Assembly (NCBI GenBank): GCA_046498345.1
Contig: JAWOAW010000015.1
Location: 1-53,019 of the forward strand
DNA length: 53,019 bases
Reading direction: 5' to 3'
From: Thermoplasmatota archaeon
GTDB lineage: Archaea; Thermoplasmatota; E2; UBA202; DSCA01
The notes beneath the pieces are model-generated. The model saw only the letters and a program-made list of their open reading frames with translations, was not told the DNA's origin and searched no databases. The stretch's first letter is position 1, and each line of letters begins with the position of its first letter. Positions 22,727 to 31,475 of the stretch are shown piece after piece. The translations under genes were made by a program, and so were the position numbers.

Positions 22727-25129
22727 ATGAACACAAAAATCATCGTCGGAGCGGTCTGCGCGCTGCTCCTCACCGGCATGGCCCCCGTCCTTGAAACATC
22801 GCACGAACAGCTTTCAAACACCGTTTCAGTTGCCCCCTCGACGACGGACGCCCGCTCCGATTTCTCGTATACGCTGGAGGAGGCGACGCGCGGCCACGTC
22901 AGCGTCACGCTGGACGACACGTCTACCTGGCTGCGGCAGCCGGGCGCCCCCATGCTGCCGCGGATGGTACGCCACCTGGAGCTTCCCTTCGGAGCCACCA
23001 ACGTCCGGGTCGACGTCGCCGTCCCCGGGTACGACGAGCGCATCCTGGATGCGGACGTGGTTCCCGCGCAGCCAGCTGTGCCATACACGGGCACGCCGGG
23101 GCCCCGCGTGCAGGGCTGGCAGAAAAACAGGCAGCTCTATGCGAGCAGCCAGCCGTATCCATCCGGATGGTACAGCGTCCGTGTCGGCTGCGGGCTCAAC
23201 GGCACGCTGCACCGGGTCACCCATGTCACCGTGGATCTGTACCCCGTGCGCTACCGTCCTGCGGACGACACGCTGCTGGTGGCCCGGTCGATGAACCTCG
23301 ACGTTTCCTACGATGCACCCCGGTCTTCCATTGTAGTGGCTGGCGACGGCTACGACCTCGTCGTTGTGGCGCCGCCGGGTTTTTCGGATGAGCTGGCGCC
23401 GCTGGTGGAGCATAAGAACAGCCATGGCGTCATCACGCTGCTCAAGACCACGGAGGACATCTATGCCTCCTATGACGGCGTGGACCGGCCTGAGCAGATC
23501 AAATATTTCATCAAGGACGCCGTCGAGAGCTACGGCATCAGCTACGTTCTGCTGGTCGGCGGTCTTCGCTCCCCTGTCTATGGCTCGGCGCGGGACACCC
23601 TGAACTACGGGGTGGAGGACTGGCATGTCCCCGTCCGGTATTCGAATCTCTATGACGAGTACGGCGACCCGGGCTTCCTCTGCGATCTCTACTATGCAGA
23701 CGTTTACGGGGCCGGCGACGTGTTCGACGACTGGGACAGCAACGACGACGGCGTCATCGGCGCCCGCGGCAGGCCGGGCGTCCAGGATGACGACATCGAC
23801 CTCTACCCGGACGTGGCGGTCGGGCGCCTCCCCTGCCGGAACAGCCGGGAGGTGCAGGCCTGCGTGGAAAAAATCATCACCTACGAAACGAGCGCTGCGG
23901 GCTCCGACTGGTTTAACCGCATCGTGGCCGTGGCCGGCGACGGATTGCAGGACCAGGAGGACCTGGACATCCAGTGGGACGTCTCCGGGCTTCCGCCCGG
24001 AGAGTATACCATCCACGCCCGGAGCCGGAGCGCCATCACCGGGGAATGGGGGCCGGTTGACACGGTATCGGTCACCGTTGACCCGGGGCGGGAGTCCTCT
24101 CTCAGCTTTTCCGAGGACGACCATCTCCGCATCGACAGCTACCCGGGTCCGGCCATGGCGGAGATAACGTCTCCCTCCGACGGGGACGTGCTGGGCTCCA
24201 CCGACGTGGACTTCACGCCGCAGGAGGCGTACATGGGCTACCTGTGGGCCAACGTCACCTATATCGACGGGGTCATGCACATCCGCGGTAAGTCCTACGA
24301 CCCGCGGCCCTACGGCTACCACACGGACATCACGGCCTGGGTGGAAAACGGGGACGGCGAGACGGTGTTCAGCCAGCAGAAAAACATGATACGGAGCTAC
24401 TGTGACTGCGAATGGACGACGGGAAACAGAGAGGTGGGCGGCGACCGGGCCGGCGCCTTCCATTACATGCCCGAGTCATTTGAAAAAATCTTTCTCTGGG
24501 CGTCAAATGGCAACTTTACCTCGCAGCGGGACGTGCTCGACACCCTCGGACGGGGCTGCGGCTTCGCTTTCTTTTTCGGCCATGCCAGCCCCAGCACGAT
24601 GATCGTGAACATGCCCGGGATGCCCGGCGGCTTCAGCAACTCTGCAGAGATCGGGCTGCAGCCCATCAACATCGGCATGCCAGTGTTCCCCATGGACAAC
24701 ATCGACAACACGGACAAGCTGCCCATCGTCGCGGTCATGGGATGCCACAACAGCCAGTTCAACGTCACCCTGCTGAACTCCGTGCTGGGCTGGAACCGGG
24801 TGTGGACGGGCTTCTATCCCACGCCGGAATGCTGGAGCTGGTGGCTCACCAGGATGCCCCGCAGCGGCGCCATCGCCACCATCGGCTGCACGGCCCTGGG
24901 CCCCGGCATGTACGACCAGGCGTTCGTCCCCGACACCGGCTGCTGGATTTTCCCCGAGTTCTTCCGGCAGTACGGCGAGGAACGCCATCACGTCCTCGGC
25001 GACGCCTTCACGCAGACCCTCACCAGCTACACCTCGACCTTCGGGCAGGCCAATGCCATAGACGTCCAGATGGTGCAGGAGCTGGCGCTCTTCGGCGACC
25101 CCTCCCTCCGGATCGGCGGGTATCCGTAG
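22727..25129 (+). CDS. Peptidase C25 (gingipain-like) family cysteine protease with propeptide and a roughly 200-aa internal insertion
   Basis: Signal peptide MNTKIIVGAVCALLLTGMAPV, then a propeptide-like N-domain. Further motifs are QIKYFIKDAVESYGISYVLLVGG, LYYADVYG and VAVGRLPCRNSREVQACVEKIITYE. The catalytic motifs are FAFFFGHASPS (His) and IVAVMGCHNSQFN (Cys), followed by CWSWWLTRMPRSGAIATIGCT. Confidence 0.85.
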   Translation: MNTKIIVGAVCALLLTGMAPVLETSHEQLSNTVSVAPSTTDARSDFSYTLEEATRGHVSVTLDDTSTWLRQPGAPMLPRMVRHLELPFGATNVRVDVAVPGYDERILDADVVPAQPAVPYTGTPGPRVQGWQKNRQLYASSQPYPSGWYSVRVGCGLNGTLHRVTHVTVDLYPVRYRPADDTLLVARSMNLDVSYDAPRSSIVVAGDGYDLVVVAPPGFSDELAPLVEHKNSHGVITLLKTTEDIYASYDGVDRPEQIKYFIKDAVESYGISYVLLVGGLRSPVYGSARDTLNYGVEDWHVPVRYSNLYDEYGDPGFLCDLYYADVYGAGDVFDDWDSNDDGVIGARGRPGVQDDDIDLYPDVAVGRLPCRNSREVQACVEKIITYETSAAGSDWFNRIVAVAGDGLQDQEDLDIQWDVSGLPPGEYTIHARSRSAITGEWGPVDTVSVTVDPGRESSLSFSEDDHLRIDSYPGPAMAEITSPSDGDVLGSTDVDFTPQEAYMGYLWANVTYIDGVMHIRGKSYDPRPYGYHTDITAWVENGDGETVFSQQKNMIRSYCDCEWTTGNREVGGDRAGAFHYMPESFEKIFLWASNGNFTSQRDVLDTLGRGCGFAFFFGHASPSTMIVNMPGMPGGFSNSAEIGLQPINIGMPVFPMDNIDNTDKLPIVAVMGCHNSQFNVTLLNSVLGWNRVWTGFYPTPECWSWWLTRMPRSGAIATIGCTALGPGMYDQAFVPDTGCWIFPEFFRQYGEERHHVLGDAFTQTLTSYTSTFGQANAIDVQMVQELALFGDPSLRIGGYP

Positions 25130-25186
25130 CCCGCGGCAGGGTGCAAAGATAAAAATAGCCCGTGGCGGATATTGATACAGGATATC

Positions 25187-25930
25187 ATGCCAGAAGAACC
25201 CTGTTTCGAAGTCATCGCGGACCGCGACATGCCAGATGTCGAGTACCTGGTCGCCGGCTTCCCCGGCATGGGTCTCATCGGGGGCATGGCCTCCGAACAG
25301 CTCATCAACACCCTGGAGCTGGAGCAGGTCGCCTCGCTGGACTGCGACCAGTTTCCGCCCACGGCGGTCATCTTCGACGGAATTCCCCGCCGCCCCGTCC
25401 GGTTTTTCGCCGGCCGGGGCATGCTGCTCGCCAAGTCCGACATGGTGATACCCCCTGTGCTGACCGCCCGGGTCGCGGAGGCCATCATCGACTTCGCCAT
25501 CGAAAACGGCGTCAGAGAGGCCATCGTCTTCGACGGCATCCAGGAGCGCGAGGACGCCGAAGAGAAAAACAAGGTCTGGGCCATCGTGAGCAGCCACGAA
25601 GCCTCGGAAAAAGCCGCCGCTGCGGGCATCGACATCATCAAGCGCGGCGCCATCGCCGGGATGTCCAGCACCCTGCTCCTCTACGCCCAGCAGCAAAACC
25701 TGGAGGCCATCGGCATGCTGGCAGAGGGCACACCCAAGCTGCCCGACCCCCGGGCCACGGCGAAACTCCTCCAGGTCTTCGCCTCATACAAGAGCCTGGA
25801 CATCGACACCAGCTCCCTGATAGAGAGCGCCGACCAGTTCGAAGAGCAGTACGCCCAGCTCGTGGCCAAGACCAAGCAGGCGCAGGCCGACATGGAACCC
25901 CAGGCGGCGCATCCCCCATTGTACGGGTAG
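25187..25930 (+). CDS. Proteasome assembly chaperone PAC2/PbaB-family protein with C-terminal HbYX motif
   Basis: MPEEPCFEVIADRDMPDVEYLVAGFPGMGLIGGMASEQLI... (PAC2 signature). The C-terminus ...HPPLYG is hydrophobic-Tyr-X. A TATA-like box (GATAAAAATAGCC) lies about 30 nt upstream. Confidence 0.8.
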   Translation: MPEEPCFEVIADRDMPDVEYLVAGFPGMGLIGGMASEQLINTLELEQVASLDCDQFPPTAVIFDGIPRRPVRFFAGRGMLLAKSDMVIPPVLTARVAEAIIDFAIENGVREAIVFDGIQEREDAEEKNKVWAIVSSHEASEKAAAAGIDIIKRGAIAGMSSTLLLYAQQQNLEAIGMLAEGTPKLPDPRATAKLLQVFASYKSLDIDTSSLIESADQFEEQYAQLVAKTKQAQADMEPQAAHPPLYG

Positions 25931-25935
25931 CCGGG

Positions 25936-26505
25936 CTACCCCTCTTTTTTCGCTCGCCGTCTGAGCAGCTCCGCCGCCTCGTCCCGGTAGACGTCCTCGA
26001 CGTCGCCTTCACGGTCCAGCCGCTCGCCTTCCTCGATGAACTGCTGGATGCCCCTGGCGCTGCCCTTCGTCCGGCCCATGAGCGCTCCGGCGGAGGTATG
26101 CATGTCCAGCGCGTAGTCCGGGATATCCGGCCGCTCTGTCGCATGCCGATGGCGCATGACCTGCAGGAAATGGCAGCTGACCCGCGATTTTTCGCTGCGG
26201 CACAGCAGCAGGATGACGTAGGCCAGCACCATGCGCCATTCCCCTCGATTGTTGCGGTACATGTCCCGCATGTCGCGTATGGCGCTGCATGCCTGCGTCA
26301 CCGTCGAGGGGTCGCCCAGGCCGACGTCCTCGTAGGCGATGACCATCAGGCGGCTGGCCAGCTGCCCGAATCCGCTTTTGCCTTCTCCGCCGAGCTCGAG
26401 CGCCCAGTGCATCGCCCGCTGCTCGTTGCCCCGCCGGATGTCCTTCTGCAGGGCGCTGACCAGCTCGTCGTCGTTGTAGCCGTGCCGCGTCTGGTAATGT
26501 GCCAT
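25936..26505 (-). CDS. Stand-alone MgsA/RarA C-terminal-domain-like protein
   Basis: DDELVSALQKDIRRGNEQRAMHWALELGGEG...LASRLMVIAYEDVGLGDPSTV...LLLCRSEKS resembles the SALqKSiRGSD...ARRL...EDIGLADP...APKSN region of RarA. There is no AAA+ domain upstream. Confidence 0.55.
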   Translation of the reverse strand: MAHYQTRHGYNDDELVSALQKDIRRGNEQRAMHWALELGGEGKSGFGQLASRLMVIAYEDVGLGDPSTVTQACSAIRDMRDMYRNNRGEWRMVLAYVILLLCRSEKSRVSCHFLQVMRHRHATERPDIPDYALDMHTSAGALMGRTKGSARGIQQFIEEGERLDREGDVEDVYRDEAAELLRRRAKKEG

Positions 26506-26541
26506 GTGGCCGTAGCATCTGATTGCTAAAAAACGTTGCCG

Positions 26542-26748
26542 TCATTCCCCGTCTTTTTGCCGGCGCTCCTCGTATTCCTTCTTTATCTGATCGGCGATGC
26601 GGCCATCCTCGACGATGAGCGCTCCGATGTAGCCGCAGTCCTTGCACTGCCAGGTCGACCAGGTCTGCGGCAGCGTCCATTCGATGTTGCCGGAGCCACA
26701 GTTGGGGCAGAACTTCCGGGAAGGCGCTTCTTTTTCTTCGGCCATCAC
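26542..26748 (-). CDS. Small zinc-ribbon protein
   Basis: FCPNCGSGNIEW...WQCKDCGYIG, followed by a basic/acidic tail. Confidence 0.55.
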   Translation of the reverse strand: MMAEEKEAPSRKFCPNCGSGNIEWTLPQTWSTWQCKDCGYIGALIVEDGRIADQIKKEYEERRQKDGE

Positions 26749-26777
26749 CCGTGTAGAGGCGGGCCGGTTAGTATAGT

Positions 26778-27272
26778 TTACGGGACGGAGAGGGCATTCT
26801 GCAGGCTGTCGGCTCGCCCGATGGCCACCCCGGCGAGCATGTCCGCCCGCCGACTGCGGCTGCGGGTGCGGATGACGTTGTTGAACCGGACCTCTTTGCC
26901 CAGCAGACCGAGATGCAAAACGAGCTCCTCGGTGCGGATGTAGAGCGCCCGGAGGTGGACGGCCTGCACCGCCCAGGTGCCGGTGAGATGCTGGACGACC
27001 AGGCGGCTGTCGCTGTTGACGTCAACCCCGTCAAATGGTACGCCCTCGCGGTGCAATCGGATGGCCTCCTCGAGCCCCCGGATGACCGCCTTGTACTCGG
27101 CCTCGTTGTTGGTCCCCATGCCGGTTTCCTCGGATATCTCGGCGATGACCACGCCGCCGAGCTCGACGACGACGCCGGCGCCGTTTCGCCCCCGCCGCGG
27201 GTTTGACGAGGCACCGTCCACGGTGATGGAAAGCCGTTTTCCCCTCGGCATGGCGCTCGCTGCATCCCCCAT
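26778..27272 (-). CDS. Ribonuclease HI (type 1 RNase H) family protein
   Basis: DEDD pattern: ITVDGAS, TNNEAEYKAVIRGLE, VNSDSRLVV, RSRRADMLA. The start may be 27251 (MPRGKR). Confidence 0.75.
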   Translation of the reverse strand: MGDAASAMPRGKRLSITVDGASSNPRRGRNGAGVVVELGGVVIAEISEETGMGTNNEAEYKAVIRGLEEAIRLHREGVPFDGVDVNSDSRLVVQHLTGTWAVQAVHLRALYIRTEELVLHLGLLGKEVRFNNVIRTRSRSRRADMLAGVAIGRADSLQNALSVP

Positions 27273-27432
27273 TGTCTATGTCTATAACGCCGGCATGCAT
27301 AAAAGCGTTGAGGATGACAGGCCCCCTCAGACATGGGGGAAAAGAAAGGATATAGGCGGGGGAGGGTTCCTGAGTCGCTTCATTTCCCGGTCTTCCAACC
27401 GGCTGAGATGCATCTATGAGGCTTCCCGTCGG

Positions 27433-29088
27433 TCACTCCAGAATCCGGACGCTCCGGATGACCACCTCTTCGACGGGCCAGTCCTGCATGCCGTGCTTCA
27501 TGGTGGTGTCCACGGAGGCGATGGAGCGCAATGTGGCCATGCTGCCAACGACCCGTCCGAAGGCGGCGTAGCTGCCGTCCAGGTGGGGCTGGGCGCCGTC
27601 GCAGATGAAAAACTGGCTGGTGGCGCTGTCCGGGTCGCTGGTCCGGGCCATCGATATGGCGCCGTCGACATGCAGGACCTCGGGATGGGTTTCCAGCTCG
27701 ATGGGCCCGTAGGGGCTCTCCCGGCGGGTGCCGTCGGCTGTGTAGCCGCCGCCCTGGATGACGAAGTCGTCGATGACCCGGTGGAACACCAGCCCGTCGA
27801 AAAAATCATCGGCGGCGAGCCGGACGAAGTTTTCCGTCGTTATGGGCATTTTTTCGTGTTCCAGCGCCAGCACCATGGCGCCGTGCGAGGTGTCCATCAC
27901 CGCCAGGGTGACCTCGTCGAGGTCGTACTCCGTTGCTGCCGGCTGCCAGTCGGCGGCGTACAGCCAGGGCACCCGGATGTCGGGGTTCCAGGGCCAGTAC
28001 AGGCTGCCCTGGAGGACCTTGACGCCGCCGGAATGGTTCGCCCAGTGGTTGCCCCGCCAGCCGTTGAAGAGAGAGTTTTCCAGCCATACGTCGTGGTTGT
28101 TGTCCGCCAGGTTGTTGTACCGGATGGTGTTCAAAAACGCGGTGTCGGCGACGATGCCGGCGCCGTCGTACCAGTCCGCCGGGCCGCCCGTCGCGCCCCG
28201 GATGTCATTGTACTCTACGACGTTTCGCATCGTCGGCCCCGGCCCGAGCATGACGCCCCATTCCAGGTTGTCTTCGAGCCTGTTGTAGCGGACGATGTTG
28301 CCGTCGGAGTATGCCTTGAATGCTATTCCGCAGCCCGGGTGGCTGTAGACGTGGTTGCCCACGATGGTGTTGCCCGCCGAGTACGGCCAGAAGGTCATGC
28401 CGCAGTAGTTGTCATGCATGCTGTTTCCGGCGATGGTGTTGTCCGAGGAGGCGTTGAACACGAAGGCGATGAAGCCGTTGTCGTGGATGTGGTTGCCCGT
28501 GAAGACGTTGTTGCTGCTGTGGTGCAGGTAGACGCCGGTTTCCCGGTTGCCGTAGAGCTCGTTGTCAATGATGCGGTTGCCAGTGCTCTCGTCGAGATAC
28601 AGGCCGCCCTGCTCGTAGCAGTAGCGCTCCCGGCCGTTGTCCCTGACAATGCAGCCGTGGATGGTGTTGCCGTGGGAGGATATCCTGAGGCCCGAACGGT
28701 GGGCGTCGCTGCCGCCGCCGGTGACTGTGAAGCCCGAGATGGACACGTTGTCCGCCTGCACGGTGACCACGTCGCCGTTTCCAGAGCCGTTTATGACCGT
28801 CGTGTTTTTGTCTTCGCCGACCAGGGACACGGTGGTCTCGATGGCTATGGTTTCCCGGTACTCGCCCGGGTAGACGTAGATGGTGTCTCCGCTGCCAGCA
28901 GCGTCGACCGCCGCCTGTATCGTGGTATAGTTGCCCGGGCCGTCGCCGCCCACGTACAGCGTGCCGCTGCTTGGGGCTTCCCGTGCAGGGTCTGCCCGCC
29001 CGTGATATGCCTGCTGCACGCCGGCCTGGACCGGTATGAGCAGCGCGGCGAGCAGGATAACACAGGTCAGTTTCGCTGCCAGTGACAT
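27433..29088 (-). CDS. Secreted fusion protein: NosD-like parallel beta-helix domain plus C-terminal cyclophilin-type peptidyl-prolyl isomerase
   Basis: Signal peptide MSLAAKLTCVILLAALLIPVQAG. The beta-helix begins LYVGGDGPGNYTTIQAAVDAAGSGDTIYVYPGEYRE and continues as repeats. The C-terminal cyclophilin is MPITTENFVRLAADDFFDGLVFHRVIDDFVIQGGG...ISMARTSDPDSATSQFFI...LDGSYAAFGRVV. Confidence 0.85.
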   Translation of the reverse strand: MSLAAKLTCVILLAALLIPVQAGVQQAYHGRADPAREAPSSGTLYVGGDGPGNYTTIQAAVDAAGSGDTIYVYPGEYRETIAIETTVSLVGEDKNTTVINGSGNGDVVTVQADNVSISGFTVTGGGSDAHRSGLRISSHGNTIHGCIVRDNGRERYCYEQGGLYLDESTGNRIIDNELYGNRETGVYLHHSSNNVFTGNHIHDNGFIAFVFNASSDNTIAGNSMHDNYCGMTFWPYSAGNTIVGNHVYSHPGCGIAFKAYSDGNIVRYNRLEDNLEWGVMLGPGPTMRNVVEYNDIRGATGGPADWYDGAGIVADTAFLNTIRYNNLADNNHDVWLENSLFNGWRGNHWANHSGGVKVLQGSLYWPWNPDIRVPWLYAADWQPAATEYDLDEVTLAVMDTSHGAMVLALEHEKMPITTENFVRLAADDFFDGLVFHRVIDDFVIQGGGYTADGTRRESPYGPIELETHPEVLHVDGAISMARTSDPDSATSQFFICDGAQPHLDGSYAAFGRVVGSMATLRSIASVDTTMKHGMQDWPVEEVVIRSVRILE

Positions 29089-29181
29089 GATATGGTGCCT
29101 CCGCTGTCTAAACCGGGAGTCGTTTTTAAACCTTTATCCGGATGACCACATGTTTTTTATGTCTCTCCGACTTCCCCTGGC

Positions 29182-29637
29182 ATGGCGCGGGGAGCCCTCA
29201 TCGTCTACATGTCGATACATCACGGCAACACCGAGCAGGTCGCAGAGGCGATGGCCGACCAGCTCGACGCGGCGCTGCAGCAGCCGGATGAGACGTCCGT
29301 CGACGACGTCGCCGGGGCCGACCTGGTTGGCTTCGGGTCCGGTATCTACTTCTGGCGGCATCACCGCAGCCTGCTGCGCCTTGCCGGCGAGCTGCCAGCG
29401 ATGCCCGGCAAACGGGTCTTTCTTTTCTCCACGAGCGGCATCGGGCCGGGATGGCTGTGGCATCATGCGCTCCGCCGCCGCCTCCGCCGGAAGGGCTTCG
29501 CCGTCATCGACGAGTACTCCTGCCGGGGCCACGACACCTACGGGCTCCTCCGGATTGTCGGGGGCATCCATAAAAACCGGCCCGACCGAGACGACCTGAA
29601 ACGGGCACGGCGGTTCGCCGCCCGGCTGGCGCCGTAG
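29182..29637 (+). CDS. Flavodoxin-family protein
   Basis: ALIVYMSIHHGNTEQVAEAMADQL...DLVGFGSGIYFWRHH...FLFSTSG. Confidence 0.7.
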   Translation: MARGALIVYMSIHHGNTEQVAEAMADQLDAALQQPDETSVDDVAGADLVGFGSGIYFWRHHRSLLRLAGELPAMPGKRVFLFSTSGIGPGWLWHHALRRRLRRKGFAVIDEYSCRGHDTYGLLRIVGGIHKNRPDRDDLKRARRFAARLAP

Positions 29638-29712
29638 CGACCGATGGAGCCATGCCTCCCGGCATAACCAGCAGGGCAAACCCTTAAACACTGTTTTACC
29701 ATTGTTAACCAC

Positions 29713-30879
29713 ATGGCACAGCTTGTCTGCAGCAACTGCAAAGCCGTCTACCGGGCAGACGGGCAGAGATGCCCCAGCTGCAACGCACAGGGCGCCCAGG
29801 TCTACGACTTCGACCAGAGCGACGAATATCTAAAGCAGGAGACACAGCGCATTATCACCGAGCGGCAGGAGGCGGGCCTCGAAGGACTCGTCGGCGACCT
29901 GGCCGCCGTCGTCATCAACGTCCAGCCCGAACGGCAGCGCAACGCCGTCGAGGAGCTCCTCGCCACCACCGGCCTCCGTTATGGAGAGGGATACGAAACC
30001 GACCAATATATCACGCATCTCCTCGAAGCGCCGGCCGGCGCCGACTTCCTGGTGCGCTCCCGGAAACAGGGTAACCCCTTCCGCCGGCATAACCTGCATC
30101 CAAAATCGGAGCATCTCCCCGACACCCGCCTGGAAACATTCATATTCGAAACACCGGACCTGCAGCGCTACCTGGACATCCAGCGGGAGCGAGGCGTAGC
30201 GTTCACCACCGAACAGCCCATAGAAACCCCGGGCTCCCGCTACATCCAGACCCCGCCATCCGAATACACGGGCAACGCCCTCGGCTTCATCGAATGGAAG
30301 CACGGGCGCCGCGACTTCACACCTCGGAACGCCGCCTCTCTCGACTGGCAGCCCGAAAAACCAGACAGGCCATACCTGGGCAACGTCGGCGAGCTCGACC
30401 ACACGGCAACCCGGGTCACCGCCGGGCAGCGCGACCGGGCCATCATCGAGTTCCTGGAGCTCACCAACTACCATTTCGACTTCGCCATCTACGTCAAACA
30501 GTTCAACTCCATCACCAACGTCGCCCGCCTGAGCAGCGACGCCTTCGCCATGGTGTTCACCTCCGGCATCGCGCCCTACAAAGACGATGAGACATCGGGG
30601 CCCACGGAGCGGTTCATCCACAACTACGGAAAACGCGTCCACCACATGGCGTTCCACACGGAACATGTCCAGGACACCTTCGCCGGCCTCAAAGAAGACG
30701 GCATGGACTGGCTCATCGAGCTGGTCGGCTCACCCGACGAGGGCCTCCGGCAGACGTTCACCGCGCCGTCCGACAACACGCTGCTGGTCAACGAGTACAT
30801 CCGCCGCTACGGCGACTTCGACGGCTTCTTCACTCGCAGCAACGTCACCAAGCTCACCGAGGCCACGACGAAGCAGTAA
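29713..30879 (+). CDS. Zinc-ribbon fused to a 4-hydroxyphenylpyruvate-dioxygenase-like (VOC superfamily) protein
   Basis: The N-terminus is CSNCKAVYRADGQRCPSC. The C-terminal half is ELDHTATRV, GKRVHHMAFHTEHVQDTFAGLKEDGMDWL and GLRQTFTAPSDNTLLVNEYIRRYGDFDGFFTRSNVTKLTEA. This parallels the HPPD segments HIAF..DI, LLQIFT..., FFEIIQR..GFG.GNFKALFE. Confidence 0.6.
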   Translation: MAQLVCSNCKAVYRADGQRCPSCNAQGAQVYDFDQSDEYLKQETQRIITERQEAGLEGLVGDLAAVVINVQPERQRNAVEELLATTGLRYGEGYETDQYITHLLEAPAGADFLVRSRKQGNPFRRHNLHPKSEHLPDTRLETFIFETPDLQRYLDIQRERGVAFTTEQPIETPGSRYIQTPPSEYTGNALGFIEWKHGRRDFTPRNAASLDWQPEKPDRPYLGNVGELDHTATRVTAGQRDRAIIEFLELTNYHFDFAIYVKQFNSITNVARLSSDAFAMVFTSGIAPYKDDETSGPTERFIHNYGKRVHHMAFHTEHVQDTFAGLKEDGMDWLIELVGSPDEGLRQTFTAPSDNTLLVNEYIRRYGDFDGFFTRSNVTKLTEATTKQ

Positions 30880-30921
30880 CGCCGCGGCGTCATGCCTGTG
30901 CGCCGTCGGATGGCCCTCCCA

Positions 30922-31377
30922 TTATCGCTGTCCGTAGATGATGACGGTGACGCGTCCGAAGCCTTCCAGGTCCAGCTTGAGGGTTTGACGGCCGGGGGTA
31001 AAATCCTCCTCATATATCCATGAATCCCATGGCAAAATTATGATGCCGAACAAGTATGTGCATGTATCCGCGCCGCCATAAAGGACAGGTTCCTCTTCAT
31101 CATATAGCAACATATGTCCCTGACCAGTAAAATATCTTCCAGCCTTAAGAAATCCAAAGCCAATGACTATGGTGCCGTTTTCCATGTAGAAGGTTTCCTC
31201 AATCGAGCGTTTCCCGAACACAAAGTAGGTCTCGTTGAACGCCTCGAACCGCTCGCCCTGCCCGTATGCCTCCGGAGAGGAATGAGCATGTGTCTCCTGT
31301 CCGCCGGCGACGGAAAGCCAGCCGGTGCAGGCGAGCAAAGCGACCGCCAGCGCGGCCATGAGCTGTCTTCCTTCCAT
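30922..31377 (-). CDS. Putative lipoprotein/secreted protein, unknown function
   Basis: MEGRQLMAALAVALLACTGW (lipobox-like LLAC). The central part is noticeably AT-richer than its surroundings. Confidence 0.45.
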   Translation of the reverse strand: MEGRQLMAALAVALLACTGWLSVAGGQETHAHSSPEAYGQGERFEAFNETYFVFGKRSIEETFYMENGTIVIGFGFLKAGRYFTGQGHMLLYDEEEPVLYGGADTCTYLFGIIILPWDSWIYEEDFTPGRQTLKLDLEGFGRVTVIIYGQR

Positions 31378-31475
31378 GTGTCTCCCACTTAATATCGGGC
31401 ACCCGTTTTTCAATGCATCGCCTCCCACAGGGGCATTTCAAAAACTACATATAGCGACGGAGGTTAATCGCGTCG

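Noticed and set aside
22826-24463. 545-aa minus-strand ORF
   Set aside because: It is antisense to the C25 peptidase and Arg/Val/Asp/Gly-rich. A shadow ORF.
25162-26529. 455-aa + strand ORF
   Set aside because: It is out of frame with PAC2 and antisense to the MgsA_C-like gene, and its composition is extremely Arg/Pro/Gly/His-rich.
26977-29085. 702-aa + strand ORF
   Set aside because: It is antisense to RNase HI and to the beta-helix-cyclophilin gene, both of which have unambiguous motifs. The product is Val/Ala/Gly/Asp-rich with no motifs.
31421-31445. CCCACAGGGGCATTTCAAAAAC upstream of trpS, with similar C-rich+ATTTC strings at 22697-22720 and 37160-37185 (reverse)
   Set aside because: Only loose resemblance to the 28-nt motif (CCCACA...ATTTC), and the TTCCACTGGAA palindrome is missing. 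Not enough to call additional copies.
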